From positions 359,872-423,871 of the forward strand of contig NMRA01000156.1 of assembly GCA_002633005.1 (NCBI GenBank): a DNA stretch of 64,000 nt, given 5' to 3'. Made by a program: the position numbers and the translations under genes. The stretch comes from Phoronis australis (taxonomy: Eukaryota; Animalia; Phoronida). Shown here piece by piece: positions 48,301 to 62,083 of this stretch. The notes beneath the pieces are model-generated. The model did not search any database and was not told the origin of the DNA. It saw nothing but the letters and a program-made list of their open reading frames with translations. Numbering within the stretch: the stretch's first letter is position 1; each line of letters starts with the position of its first letter.

Positions 48301-51300
48301 ATGTGCTGTTTTAAGATACATTTGTAAAAGAGAAGCCACCCACTCACTGTTTATTTTCAATTTGTCAGTATCAACACATTTGGGTATTCGTTTGACGTTC
48401 GTAAGCAGACGAACGCTGAAAACTTCAACGTTAGATGTCGCAGGACCGCTCAAAATCGGAAATAAGATCGTTCACGAATTTAGGGCACTCACGACTTTAG
48501 GACCTCCGACGGTATGAGTAGATATTATAACAATTTGGCGACATTTGAATTTCATAGCAACGTTCTCTTTGAAGAACATTTGTGAATTAACTGCAGGTGT
48601 GCTAATTCAGAACTAGCACACTGTATGAATTACTTTTTCCAATGATGTACAATGTTCTCCACGATCATTATACTCGTTGCGGGAGCAGGTTTAAATTTGC
48701 AGATGAGTTTAAAATTTAGTACGAGTTAAAATTTTGAAAAGCATCCATTTTTTTTCAGCTGTTTTTCACTCTTCGTCTATTTCTTGCTAAACCATAAACA
48801 GCTTCAAATAACAAGTAGATATGGAGAACTTTTGCACATTCGAGTATTGTTTGTCCCTTTTATTTTTATGCAGTCTTTTTATTGCTTTTACGATTAAAGT
48901 TAGGCTAATAGTGCAAGACACTTCTTTATAACCTTTATTTTCATAATGCCTAAGTTACTCCCTGTAATTATGTTTTTAGTAATTGATGAGTTTGATTTAT
49001 GTCTTGAGATTTTTAGAACCATGCAGCTGGACTGCACTGATTTTCTGCATTATATTATTATTTCCCTGATTTCATAGATAGAGAGTCTCTGCTTTCATTT
49101 CAACTCCGACACTTCCTTTTTTGTGATTTCATTGCTGATTTAATGAAAATTTGTTTTGGCTTAGTAGCTTCCTTTTTTCTTTTATTTTGATATATCCTTG
49201 CACCAGCTTTGACTCAAAGCTTAGTTTCAAGGTAAAAAAGTCCAACCCATGAGTCCCTCAAACTTGTTTTGAATTTCAGAAGGTGTGTGATATTCTTACG
49301 ACTTAATGAGACATGCAATGGGATGTAGGCGAATAAGAATATTTTGAGTGTTAATATCTCACAAACTGCAAACTCTTTTTTCTGCAAAACTCGCACAACA
49401 CTTTATCTGAGCATTTGCTACAAGTGCACAGAACTTCATGACCATCAGTAAATGTATGTAACCGTGGCAACACTTTTAAAGGACATCCTTACTGAAAAAC
49501 GCCAGCGTGATCATGGTATTTTGTATGCAAACCTGAAGGAAAATTTTCAAAAGACATCAACTTGCTGAGAAATAAGGCCGTGATGCTTTGCTTTGCAACC
49601 TTTTTTAATAAATCGGGTCCTGATAACAACATTTTCTTTGGTGAACCATTCGTACACAATGGTCTGTTCATATGCAAATTGGCGCATGAAAAACCACAGT
49701 GTGATTCATTCCGCAGCTCATGTAGAGATCTCATGGGATTATTTCCAATACTCATGTTATAATCATTTTAACTGAATAATTGAATTCCAAAATAACTTCA
49801 AAAGAAAGCATATACACGCTCTTATGGGAAGGACATTAAAACGGTATCTTCCGGCATTTTTAAGCAACGACATCCTGCAGAAAAAAGTGTTTCCATGGTT
49901 ACTTTTATTCATTCACTGATGTGAAGTTTTGCAAACTTGTAGAAAATGCGTGATTTTGGCGTGTTTAAATTTTGAAGAAAACATGAAGCAGTTTGTGAGC
50001 TATATTACTCAGACTTTTGATGCATTCTTACAGTGCACCTTTTAGAATAAGATTTGAGTTATTAGAGGAATTAGAGTCAGCCAGTAGTAATTCTAAAGCT
50101 TTGATCCGTGCTCCATACAGTAGTATTGCCTCTTTATGGGAAATGGATGTAGAATGAAGTGTAGATGAGATAAGGTGTAAGTTACGTTGACAGATAATCA
50201 GCTGTCTAACTACATCTAAGTGCTGGAAACCATTCCAATGAGTCATCTTCATGATATTTATTATTTATGTTTTTAATAAATAAATTTCTTTTAACAACTT
50301 GATGCAATTTTCTGCTTAACCCAAAATTTTATTAGGCTTGCATTTCCGAAATGCATAGTAATTTTTACTGTTTGAGATATAATTTTGTGTTAAAACTAGC
50401 CCTAGTCACAACCTTTAGTATTGTCGTTAGACATTAATAAATTTTGGGAGCAGACCTTCCGTAGACATGTTTCGTTATAAATGCAACTAAATTAGCATGT
50501 TATCAATTTGAATCTCACTTTCTCAAAGTCTCTGAACAGTCTGTAGCCAGCAGTCCTGCGTATACGGTCCGGAATGCCATTGTCGGTGTCCATGATGTGG
50601 GTAATAAAACCAACATGCTGTGAATAATATGCTTACACGAAAGTCACGCATGACTTTTCATCGCTCGTCCTTCGGAGCGGGTTTTACCGGGATCAAAGAG
50701 AGCCCAGTGCCAGAGTCGGACTCAGTTGCGATAACCGCATTGTCCGGTGCGAGCAAGTGTAATTACCCGACCGTAAACTCTTCTGTCTGCACATACTGGC
50801 GAATTTTCAAAATGTATTAACCAACAGTTTTCGTTAAAAACAAATACCACAGCAGTATTCAGATGGAAAGAACAACCAACTTTGGTTTTCGATTTTCAAA
50901 AAATTGATGAACTATTAAGCTAAAAACTACAATTATTAGGTTCGATTGAAGATAAACGACTCTGCGTATTGATATACTCGGTGATTTACAAAGGCTGATC
51001 AGAGTGAATAATATCACGTGGTTTATTCTTTTAAAATACAACTAAACTACATTGAGACATCTATGAAAAACACATATTGACTAAATTAGATATCAATAAT
51101 TTTAAAACATCGCTTATGGACCAGTGCATGCCGAACTACTTTACTCCAGGAGTAGTAGTATACTAACCGGAAAACTGCTATTCTTGGAAATGCGCCAATT
51201 TCGATACAAATGAGTTACCTTGTAGCTGTAATGGAACACCTGTGAACACAACAAAGATGGCAAGCTTTGTAGTCATCGAGAGAGTGCAAGCACTGGATGA

Positions 51301-54300
51301 GGTTGAGGGGTGGGCAAGAGCTGTGATTTCATTTTTTAGGAAAAGCTAGAATAGTTATGCAGTTACTGCAACCAAAATTGTCCAGAGGTTCCAAATCTTC
51401 AGTTTGGCTATCACCATATTTGCAAATTTGTATGTATCTTATGATTTGAGTTTTAATATAGATTGAACTTGAACTAATGGCATGTGTAGTTTTGTTTGCT
51501 GTGACATATGTTTGGCGTAGCTATAATCTGGAAAATTCAGGGATGGGCTCACAATTAAATGACTTCTAAGTTGTTTTTATGCTTCGGTTAAACACAGAAT
51601 AAAAATATAGCCACCCTAACCGGTAAGAAAAAATGCAAGTAGACAGCAATATTAAAATAAAGTAATGAAAACAGGTATGAAACATGTTTAAAGCCAACCT
51701 TCCTTTGGGAAGTGGCCCTTTGTCAAGATCAACGCAAACTAACTTTTTAGGCTTGTTGTGATATTTAAAATGTACCAAGTTAAAACTGCTCACCATATTC
51801 ACGGGTGAGAAACAACATGACCGCCGGTCCTCTAAACAGGACCTCCGGGGATCAAATGGGACCGCCGCACCAGAAAATGGGACTGACGCACCCAAAAACA
51901 TGACCGCCCCACCACAAAACAGGACCGCCGGGGACTAAAACCGCAATAACTAACAGGCTAAGATTTATTACCGTTAGGCCTACACAGATCATACAATGGG
52001 GCTATATACGTATGCATATGCAGGTCTTGTGCCGATTAATCCACCGAAATCTTTTGTGAGCAACAAAGGACACTTCGCTTTGTAATACGCGGCGCTTTTG
52101 AGTTTTACTCATCACCAGGCTCCCGGCTGCGGTATGTNNNNNNNNNNNNNNNNNNNNNNNNNNNNNNNNNNNNNNNNNNNNNNNNNNNNNNNNNNNNNNN
52201 NNNNNNNNNNNNNNNNNNNNNNNNNNNNNNNNNNNNNNNNNNNNNNNNNNNNNNNNNNNNNNNNNNNNNNNNNNNNNNNNNNNNNNNNNNNNNNNNNNNN
52301 NNNNNNNNNNNNNNNNNNNNNNNNNNNNNNNNNNNNNNNNNNNNNNNNNNNNNNNNNNNNNNNNNNNNNNNNNNNNNNNNNNNNNNNNNNNNNNNNNNNN
52401 NNNNNNNNNNNNNNNNNNNNNNNNNNNNNNNNNNNNNNNNNNNNNNNNNNNNNNNNNNNNNNNNNNNNNNNNNNNNNNNNNNNNNNNNNNNNNNNNNCAC
52501 GACGAGGTGACGAGCAGAACTACCCGGGCTGTGGGAAATGTCGGGGATGTAACGGAGCTCAATAACGCAAGGCTGTCAAGCTTTATTTTGGCGATAGTCT
52601 TTACACAGCTATCTGACCGGTTACGTCATAACCCGCAGTATCACACAAAGGCCTTAACTACTCAGTCCCCGGCGGTCCTGTTTTGTGGTGGGGCGGTCAT
52701 GTTTTTAGGTGCGTCAGTCCTGTTTTGTGGTGTGACGGTCATGTTTTTAGGTGCGTCAGTCCTGTTTGGGTGAGTCGGTCCGATTTAGAGGACCGGCGGT
52801 CATGTTGTTTCTCACCCGTGATATTGCAGGCTTTAACTCTGTGCCAGAGAAAAACAATTTGGGTGCAATAACGACCATCATTGTTAAGAAAGTAGTGCTA
52901 GCTCTTACCTTTCCACTTCATTAGCTCAGAGCTACATCAATACAAAGGACGTGATGAATAGGGATCGTAAAAGTTGCCTGGGGCTTAGGGACTCAGAGCG
53001 GTGACCAGTGTAAGCGAGAAATTCTCCACATGAAAGCCCATGCAGATACTTTGTATTAACGCAAACGCTTAGCACCTGTAAGCAAGTTTCATACCTATAT
53101 TTGGTACGCTATTCATATAGGAACATTTCCTTCTGAATTTTCAATTTTGTCATTCTACATTCCAACCATCCACAATATACATCCGTGATTCTCAGAACTA
53201 CACAAGGTATTTAATCAGTTCACATTTATTGTAATAACTCCTACTTCCACAAGGAGACAGCCACTGCTCATCATCGTAAACATTACCACCCCCATCCTAT
53301 ACGTCATCGCCATCACCATGACGATCACGTGCAGAGTTGTTATTGTCCTCTTTAGTAGCAGCCTTGTAGTTTCAATCTAGAATTTTTTAAAATTTATTTC
53401 GCGCACCTTTTACCCAGATCGATCCAAAGCTGTATTTCTAATTATGGCACTTGTTTTTTGAGTTCTCGTTACAATAAAGCCGCAGATGGTCGTGGTCCTT
53501 TGAGAAAGTGCACCGGTCTGTCTCTACAGTTTCTCACACTCCCGTTCATCTCATAATTTCACCTTAATATCACACCCCCAGTCACTACAATTCTTTCACT
53601 TGCCCCACCGTCACCATATCTTTTGAGTACACCCCTGTCTAAGACTAAGATGTGCCGGAGGAGTGCAAAAATGCTGCAACTGCGACTCTTGCAGCATTAG
53701 CAATGGACTATTCTTTTAGAGCTAGATACATAACAGATTATACGAAAAAAATTCTCATCTATTTGTAACAGGTTCTTCTAGTGGAAGGAATGCACCATGA
53801 CCTGGGATTTCGCGTGACGATATCTAACGTTTCCATCTCCGTACCCGAGGGGCCACTCATCCAGGGGGTGTGCTACGCATACAAAATTAGCGCCGTCGTC
53901 AATATTGATTACATTCACCAACCAGGGTTCCGAAAAAAGCGAATACTCAAGATACGTACAAAGTAAGCAAAATAAGGTGCTTTCCTCGTGTGCTATTTTG
54001 GGACATTATCTGCGGTATATTCCTTTAAATATCGTTGGCCAAATGGGTGAACCTTACGCTGCAAGTTACGTACGTAAGTTAAGTCTTATTAGAGTCATAA
54101 ATATTTGCGGCTCAAAGTAAATACTTTTATTAACTTGCGGCGAAAAGTAATTATTACAATTTTAGTTAAAAAGATGAGCTTAATGCTACAACAACCATGT
54201 TTCAACACCATACGGGTATCAAAATTCTTTTGTGATCATGCCCGTTGAGAACAAAGTGATTCCAACATTTACCGATCTTTTTAGAGCGTGGGACAATGTT

Positions 54301-54693
54301 GGCAACGCAGACACTGCACAGCAATTGGCACACGTCACTTCCGGAATAATTGCCAAGGGAACTGTAACTCTAAACTTAAACCAAGCTTGTCTCTGCTCCG
54401 TTGGCGACGGGATATACGTAAACGGCTTCATCCAAGTACTAACCTACAACGGTCACGTTCTCGCTGAAGAGACCGCAGATCCAGTCTTCAGGAGTCAAAA
54501 CGCGAGTGGAACACCAAGCCGGAAGTACTGCAGCAACCCAGCGTCTAATTTTCGCATGGTTAAAGAAACCGAGGTTTACTTAGACCCAGCCAAACCTACA
54601 GTTGGGCAGGGTCAGATATTGGCAGCGGACAACTATTTTACTTTCAACAATCCAGGGAAAATCGGTCTGTGTCCGTTGCTGATCACGAGGTAG
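42349..54693 (+). CDS. Putative secreted protein of unknown family, about 213 aa, 3 coding exons
   Basis: join(42349-42390,53772-53962,54285-54693) = 642 nt open frame with canonical splice sites (ACG|GTGAGT, AACAG|, AA|GTAAGC, TTTTAG|). The first two exons assemble a signal-peptide-like MQVLTWALVVLSFT+VLLVEG. Linkage of exon 1 across an 11.4-kb intron is inferred; exons 2-3 are better supported. Confidence 0.62.
46502..46785 (+). repeat. Interspersed repeat, copy 2
   Basis: Diverged copy of 11804-12091. Confidence 0.85.
47712..48512 (+). mobile_element. About 800-bp non-autonomous TIR element, copy 2
   Basis: TAAAGTCGTGA...TCACGACTTTA inverted ends; diverged copy of 33280-34029. Confidence 0.8.
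51800..52820. mobile_element. CAC-terminated TIR element with 5-bp TSD and 21-bp subterminal repeats
   Basis: CACGGGTGAGAAACAACATGACCGCCGGTCCTCTAAA at 51800 and its exact reverse complement ending 52820; ATATT on both flanks (51795-51799, 52821-52825). Confidence 0.85.
52138..52497. other. Assembly gap
   Basis: Run of N inside the 51800-52820 element. Confidence 1.
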
Positions 54694-57600
54694 ATTTCAT
54701 ACTTGTGCAATATGTTGAAGTTGATGTGCGACATTAATACTACATATGTATACGTTCCCCAAATCTGACAGCCCTCTAAGGCACTAGAAATATTTTATTT
54801 TCTTCAGTGTAAAAATCATCCAAACGTATACTACATGGAAGATTGCATTTCTTACCTCCACTGTGGCAGTTCACAACTTATTTCAATCCACGTTGTATTT
54901 GAACAATCCATCGATGGAAATTTTACTTTTTACGAAAAACAATCCTATTGGATTATACTTGGAACACCACGCTTATCTAGGAAACAGGAAACACACAGTT
55001 CAGCCAATCGTATGTTTCGAAACTCCCAGTTGTACAAACAAAACTTCATAATTGTAAGCTGGAAAAGTTTGATTGTTGCATGACGTCAAATGCATTGTGC
55101 AAAAAAAAACAACATGACGCGTGATAATGCGACGTCATTGTTGCTATATGGCGTAGAACTTTTATGCAACTGGGCAAAAGATATACGTAATTTTTTTACC
55201 TAAACATCATTCAAGAATGAATGGACTCACCGGAGACAGCCCAAGAGATTATCTCTGCGGGGAAGGATGTTAAAGTTGTGTCTCCGATGAGTTGCCAGCA
55301 GTCACTGGTACGGTGCGCGGCTTTAGACGCTCTGCGGCTGTGTTTAAGATCTTTTATAGGCCTAACTGTCTCCACTTCCTGTACCAGGATGAATTTCAAA
55401 AAAAATATTTTATTACGAAATTCGCCAAATCCAGTAAGTTATGTTGCCAATGAGATAACCTCGTTTTAGTTGTGTGGTTGGGATATGGTGTATGTTGTTG
55501 GCATATCGGAATAAGCGCGGAATTCCAAGTTCTGTTGAACTTCGACCTCGTTTGAAGGATTATAAATTTCTTCTGTACTTATGCTCAAGAATGGTTGAAT
55601 GACTTCAAGCTTCTAACTTGACGCCTGCTAATTCTTGAGATTTAATGCGATTTCAGTTAAAGCACAACTGAAAATATCAGCCACGCAAGTGGTAGAGAGA
55701 TATTTATGGATTGCTTTGAGGTGTACATATTTTAAGTATTAGGACTTATATGGAATTAAATTAACGACAAATGCAATAGGTACGAACCCTAAGACTTCAA
55801 TGAGTATCCAAAGTCTCTAAATAATTCAATTTGTTCCAAAATATGGTTTGCGCTGGAGTTTGCAGCAGTTTGTCTTTTTGTAGGCACACGATGACGACGT
55901 TCGGATACTGATTTTTATTTCCAAATAAGCGTGGCAGCCAGTGGGGTTGTTTACGTGGGTTCTGTAGCATGGTCGTCTTTTCTTCAAACATGGTCCTAGC
56001 GGCCACCTTATAAAGCTTCTTTGACTTAGATAGCGTACTGTCGGGTATGACTAAAATCCAGCCTCTGGTGTATCCACTGGCCGTCGACCATGTAGCCCTA
56101 CAGTACGTAATCACTGAGACCGATGAGCACCATATCGAGCTTATGTATATTGCATGTATGTAAATGATTTTTGGTTGCATTGACTTCATTTTCAGCATTT
56201 CCGATGGATATGGCCAGTGGCACAAAAGCCAGCGTAGTCTGTATATTCCCGGCACGTGCAATTATCGCAGATGGCTGTACTGTGACATGCGACTCACCTA
56301 CCGCAAAGAACGACATTTGAAGGTGAAAGGAAAATGGTTCGGACGTGTTCATAACAGCGAATTCTCTTGGACCGACCGTTTCCGAGAAAAACGGATCAGG
56401 CGCGTCAGTGTTTCGAAACTTTAAATATTTTAAGGGGTTTAGTTATTCCTCAGAATAAAACAGTGGTACACGCTATTGAGATTTGAATGCTATACTCCCA
56501 GACACTCAAACAAGTAATAAGCACACCCTGGCGCATAAGCTCACTAAGTGGGCCACATGAGCATACATGCACTGCGCACAACTTTTAAAACACTGAAAAA
56601 CAAATTCTCTGAGAGGCAGCTAAAAGCTCTATTTATCCGATTTAAAACATACCCGCATGCTTGTATTAATTCCAGTAGTAAATTATCTTTGAACTGAAAA
56701 GGCCACGTGACTGCAAGGCGGCCTGATCATCAATCTGAGGATAACGGCAGACATTTGGCGGTTGAAAACATTCACTGCTTTTAAAGAATAGATCGTGTTT
56801 CACCAAATTCGCCTTATAGTTGACTCACCGATCGGAAATAAGCCCAGTTTTAGCGATTTCAACCAGATCTGAATCTGTCATCAGCATGAGTAGACTCTAC
56901 TCCACTGAGCGACAAAGGCAGGACTCAGCAAAACTCTTCTCAGGTCTGAGATCTTATTTTATGCTCGAAATCTAACTCAAAATTAATTTGACATTTTCGT
57001 TAAGATATTTGTCTATTATTCTCTGTTATAGTACGTTGTGGTTTGCTTGGGTGATTGTCCATTACTAGTTTTTACTCAGCATTAAAATTATAAGTTCGAG
57101 TCTCAACTCTAATTTTCTAGTTTTTATTCGAAATCTTTTGTTTGTAGCTTGAATTTAAGGCTCACCAAGTGTGAAATTGCACTAGACATCTAAACCATAG
57201 AGTACTGTAGCATAGAATGATAGACACATATCACGATTTGACACAAAAATAGAACGGAAACTGTCAAAAATAATTTCGCTTTCGAGTACCAAAATGAGAC
57301 CCCGGGTCCTGGTTACGTCATAAAGTAAACCACCTGGTATGTTTTACGTGGTATTTCCCTCGTACACGTTTGTCCATGTATCCAATCATAAATACAGACC
57401 TTGAAAGAGCTTTCAACCCTGTTTCAAAGTTTCAGGGTTGACTACGGTAACATAGCATCATTTTGTTAAGTGTTAACAGTGCCTAAATGAATGAAGTAGT
57501 CAAAAGGTCTTCAGATAGGAACACGATTTGTTACGAATATTAAAATTGGTGTCGCATTATTACCTCTTGAGTTAACCTATTTCCAAAAAATGAAAACTAC

Positions 57601-58988
57601 ATGTAGTTGCGTCAATTCTCTTAAGGGAGTGGCCACTGTGTGTACAGGTTACCGTCCACGAAAATCTTTGCATCAGCTGGCACACCATTCACACTCGTTC
57701 AGGTGGGGTGTGTCTTTGTTCTCTGGAATGTTGCGCAGTTCGTTCAAATGTGATTGAATGTAGCCTATATTCTCAACGCGATAACCTGTTTGAAATGAGG
57801 CACTTGAAAGGAAATGTACATTGTTGCACTCTGACTAACCTACGGTAGGATTTCATGTTAGAAAATTTTAGTAACTATCGTCCTCTGGTATTTTGCAGCA
57901 ATTGTCTGGCGTTATCACCCCCCAAATTTTACAGAAACCGATATATTTTCAAAATTAAAAATGTTTCAGTTGTTAATCATTCCAGCGATTTATTCAAATA
58001 ATTTGTAGCAGCATTCTAGTGCCATCAACACAAATCTTTTCTCACGAACATTTTTGGCATGCATCGCACCCCTGTTCCTACGGACATATTTCAATCCTCA
58101 GCGACCACAGATAGTGTATCCATTTGCAATCTTCAGAAAGAACTGATAATTGAACTGAAACCATCATGTATGACAAGGCATCACACATGAACGAGCAACT
58201 GGTGCCACCAGTTGGAGAGAAAAGTAGTTATGGTTCATAGGGACAGAAATGTGTTCATAAGCAAAGACACTGCCGCGCGTGAGAAACGGAGAAAAACTAT
58301 TCTATAAGAAAATTTTTAATGTCCACGGCCAGGCAATCGATCGCGTTCAGATGTGAAATTTGTACGAAAAGGCAACTTGAGCGTGAGAGGGTCCCTTGAA
58401 ACCACCAATTACAAATTGACATCACTATCGGCTGTCCTAAGATTAATTAGCATAACATTTAAGAGCAAAATATTAATACGCTGACCAATCACGCGCCATC
58501 AACATGGACTACAAGGATAACATTGAAATATAAATGTAGGATTCTTGCGGTAACAAGGCAAATTCCTCATGATAAAAAGGTTGACAGAAAGTCTGACAAG
58601 CGTTCAGGATTTTTTCAAACGTGCATCATTCTTCTTGCTTCTGGTTGAACGGCGTATGAATGCCTACTAAAATTAAATGCAAAAATGCGTGTGCTCTCAC
58701 GTCAGCATATTGCTGAAACGGTAAGGCAAAATAATTCACGTGATGTCCTCACACGATGTTTCCGGTCTAGCGAGATTTTCCGCAAACACACCATCAGTTA
58801 TCGGCCCACAGGCACATGTCTGGAGAGACAATTTGTATACGGTCAGTGATTCTGTTATCCCAGGGCTTCTGTCACCTCTTTCACAGAATCTGGACCCTCG
58901 TTGATGGTGATATATATAGAACATGGCAAGAGGCGGGGATGCAGACAAGAAGCGCACTCACGAACCTCACACCGATAGCTCCCGTCAA

Positions 58989-59135
58989 ATGACTAATCGG
59001 CATTGTTGTGTTCCGCGTTGCTCGAACGGCGATAGAAAAATGCAGTCATTCAACTGTCTTTTTTTACAATCCTTAAGGATACTGAGATTCCGGAGGCAGT
59101 TTATAGACGAAGGGAAACAAAAACATTTCCAAGTA
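58989..59135 (+). pseudogene. Second THAP-like remnant
   Basis: MTNRHCCVPRCSN resembles the THAP N-terminus; later motifs are degraded. Confidence 0.4.
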
Positions 59136-60812
59136 AGATTGATAAATTTTGTGGAAAGTTTGATTACATTTTCATAACCTGCTAATAGACTGTTAATAAG
59201 TTGAACACAATATGGCGGAACAAAACTTTACTTTGCCCACTTTATATTGCACAACGGTCATGAATAAACACAAGATCAAATGTTCTATAGCAACACAGCA
59301 GCGAACATGTAGAAAATGGAAAAACGACAAGTTTGGCAATTATATTTGTTCGAAAGAGCAGACTATACCATAACCTCGACAGAATTTCGCCTCATCACAG
59401 AATTAGTTGAATTTCGTGGCCATTAAGAGCGAGTGTGGACTTGACTAGCACATGCATAAGCCCTATTTATTTAATTGTACTCGAGGAAAGGATAACAGGC
59501 TCGTACCTTGAAATTCCAGAAAAGTAGAATGAAAATGCCAAACATCACTTTGAGTTCAATTTAGAGTAAAAAGATTAAAGCTCCGGCCGGGCATAATTTA
59601 TTGTGATTGAGTGACAGTGATCTCAAGTATTAAAATTTATTGTTAGGAACGTGTGCTACTAGGAAAAGTTGTAAAAAGAATTCATGTGACAAGCTACACT
59701 GGTTTCAAGACATGCTTTAAAAAGACATATACCTATAGTGTAAATATAGGTTATACAACGTACGTGTTTGTGCCAGTGGTATATTATATCGAGATTCGTG
59801 ATGGGCAAAAATATTTGGACGAGGGCGAGATATAATAACACACTGGTACAAACATGTACGTTGTATAATCTATTTATCCTAATACGCCCTACGGAGGATT
59901 CCTTAAAGCGGGTTTACACAGATTGCTACGCTTGTCTTGGTGTCGTTTGTCATCTTTTATCAATGATGATCACAGATTTGGTGACACGTATACGTGCACG
60001 CAATATTTTTATGAATGAATTTTTTGCAGCCTAAATGACACGGCAGTCAAGTTGCATTTTACAGCAGCTACAGGCTTGGTGTGCATATATGCTATTTTTG
60101 TTATTTTCGTCAGAGTTTGAGCTAAATCTATTTCTAAGTTAAAATTTGCTTAAGTTTCTGACGATTTTTCTTGACTTTGTTGAGTAATACATGTATCCAT
60201 AGACTATGATGTATCTGTGCAGGACACCCAGACTTTGTGGCTGATGCACGTTCAGACGCTTCTTAAAATGCTGCTTGCGCGCGTTCTTATCATATTTAGG
60301 TTGAAAGTATTCTGGAATTTATCATAAAACTGACAAAAATACAATATTTGCTGTAGTTGTAGTTTTGCATTTAAGCTCGACGTATTTTGATTGACCGTAA
60401 AGAACCTCAACTGGTGTAGTGCAATAGTTGACCTAAAGGAGGCTTGCATTGGTAATGCATATGGCTTTCCTAATCCCAGTGGCAAGTTCTGTCCAGGTGC
60501 AAAATTTCACGGCATCTTAAGAAAAATTGTCAACAATATCTTTATTTCACTTTTTTGTTTAGCTTTGAAAACGCATATCATTAGCACGTGAAAATATTGC
60601 GCACGGAGCTGAACCCAAAGTGATGCTATATAAAAAATCATGTTTTATCAAATGTGTATTGTGTGCTCAGGAAGGAATTTCGGCAGTAAAAGAGGTATAC
60701 GTATTCAGCACGTGCTAAATACGGAAAAGTAGTTATTCCACATCAAACGTAATAATACGACCCGTATTTCGTGGCTATACCATAGGATAAATATAGAATA
60801 TTACATGGCGAA

Positions 60813-60934
60813 GTCGTTATCCCCGGAATCCAAGAACCCTCGTGGATTTTGGAGAATTCTCGCCCGAGGAGCGTCAGACTCGAGGGGGATAATTCTCCAA
60901 AATCCACGAGGGCTCTAGAAAAGGGGGATAACGA
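60813..60934. repeat. Palindromic core of an interspersed repeat
   Basis: GTCGTTATCCCC..CCCTCGTGGATTTTGGAGAATT / AATTCTCCAAAATCCACGAGGG..GGGGATAACGAC. Confidence 0.75.
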
Positions 60935-62083
60935 CTGACCAGATGAAGTAACCTATTCATTCCACATACTGATAATTGGGGTCACGTGCCTTTGCTTAGG
61001 TGTTTTGTGCAATGGGCCCAACCATGAGGCCTGCGCACGTCTGATGCACCGCAAATGACATCAGACCACCTGCACTGTTTTTTTCCACATACTGAACGAG
61101 AAATATTGCAGTGAATCGATCTACCTTTGTCGACTCGCCTCGGCTTTGTAACTACTTTCTATGTCAGAGGCCCGGGGTCGGAGGTCGTGAGCTTTTACGA
61201 AAAGCCGAGATATTTTTGTCAAATAAAGCTTTTACTCAAAACCAAAATAGAAATAAAGTGAATCCATAAATTAAGGTTTATCAACTGTTATAGCTTACTA
61301 CACATTTTATCACGCTAAACTTCGACCGGGAAAATATCGTCTAATAAAGTGGGTTACCACTAGTAACGGAGTATAATGCTCAAGTCAAAGGATCCCAACG
61401 ACATGATACCCCTATTCAAATGGGAGATCGGTGATTTACAAGTGAGAGAACACGAAAAGAGAAAAATTTCACTGAATTAAAATATCGTTTTTATGGAAAT
61501 TATGCGTCTTATTTTTCATAGCGTATAAATGTCGGTATAATGCCCTTTGCTGAACATTCGATTGTTGCGCGTGCTCATTTAACTATTTTCACGTTCGATG
61601 ACGTCAGCCGCTGAGTCAGGTGTAGTGGTAAAGTCGGCGACTCGAAACTCTTCATTACCAGCAATATTGAAACCGTGAATTGCGCATGCGCGAAAATCAC
61701 TCAGTTAGCNAAACCGGCCTCGGTTTCCCGCCAATATGTTATCTCACTAGTGAGATAACTAAATGGGTTATTACACGGTTGTATTTGCCATTCGACGCTA
61801 ATACTGTGGTATAACATATAGCTGGCTTTATACTACTTTATTTCTTTGTATTCAAACCGGTAACGCGCATGTGACGTTAAGGAGTGCTGTCACGTTTTCT
61901 CAAAAGACGCATTTCAAAGAAAACCTTTGCTAAACTGATGTCGTTGTGGGTAAAACCGTGGCTCTTGGGCTGGTTTATTTAACTTATAAGTTCAGAAGTT
62001 CAAGCCTTTCGTGAAGCTCAGTGACGGGCACAAATACAGCGTTCTCCATGTAATTCAGACACATAGCACAGGAAGGCTACGAA

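Noticed and set aside
48560-50350. AT-rich stretch possibly a decayed coding element on the minus strand
   Set aside because: No diagnostic RT or transposase motif could be read with confidence.
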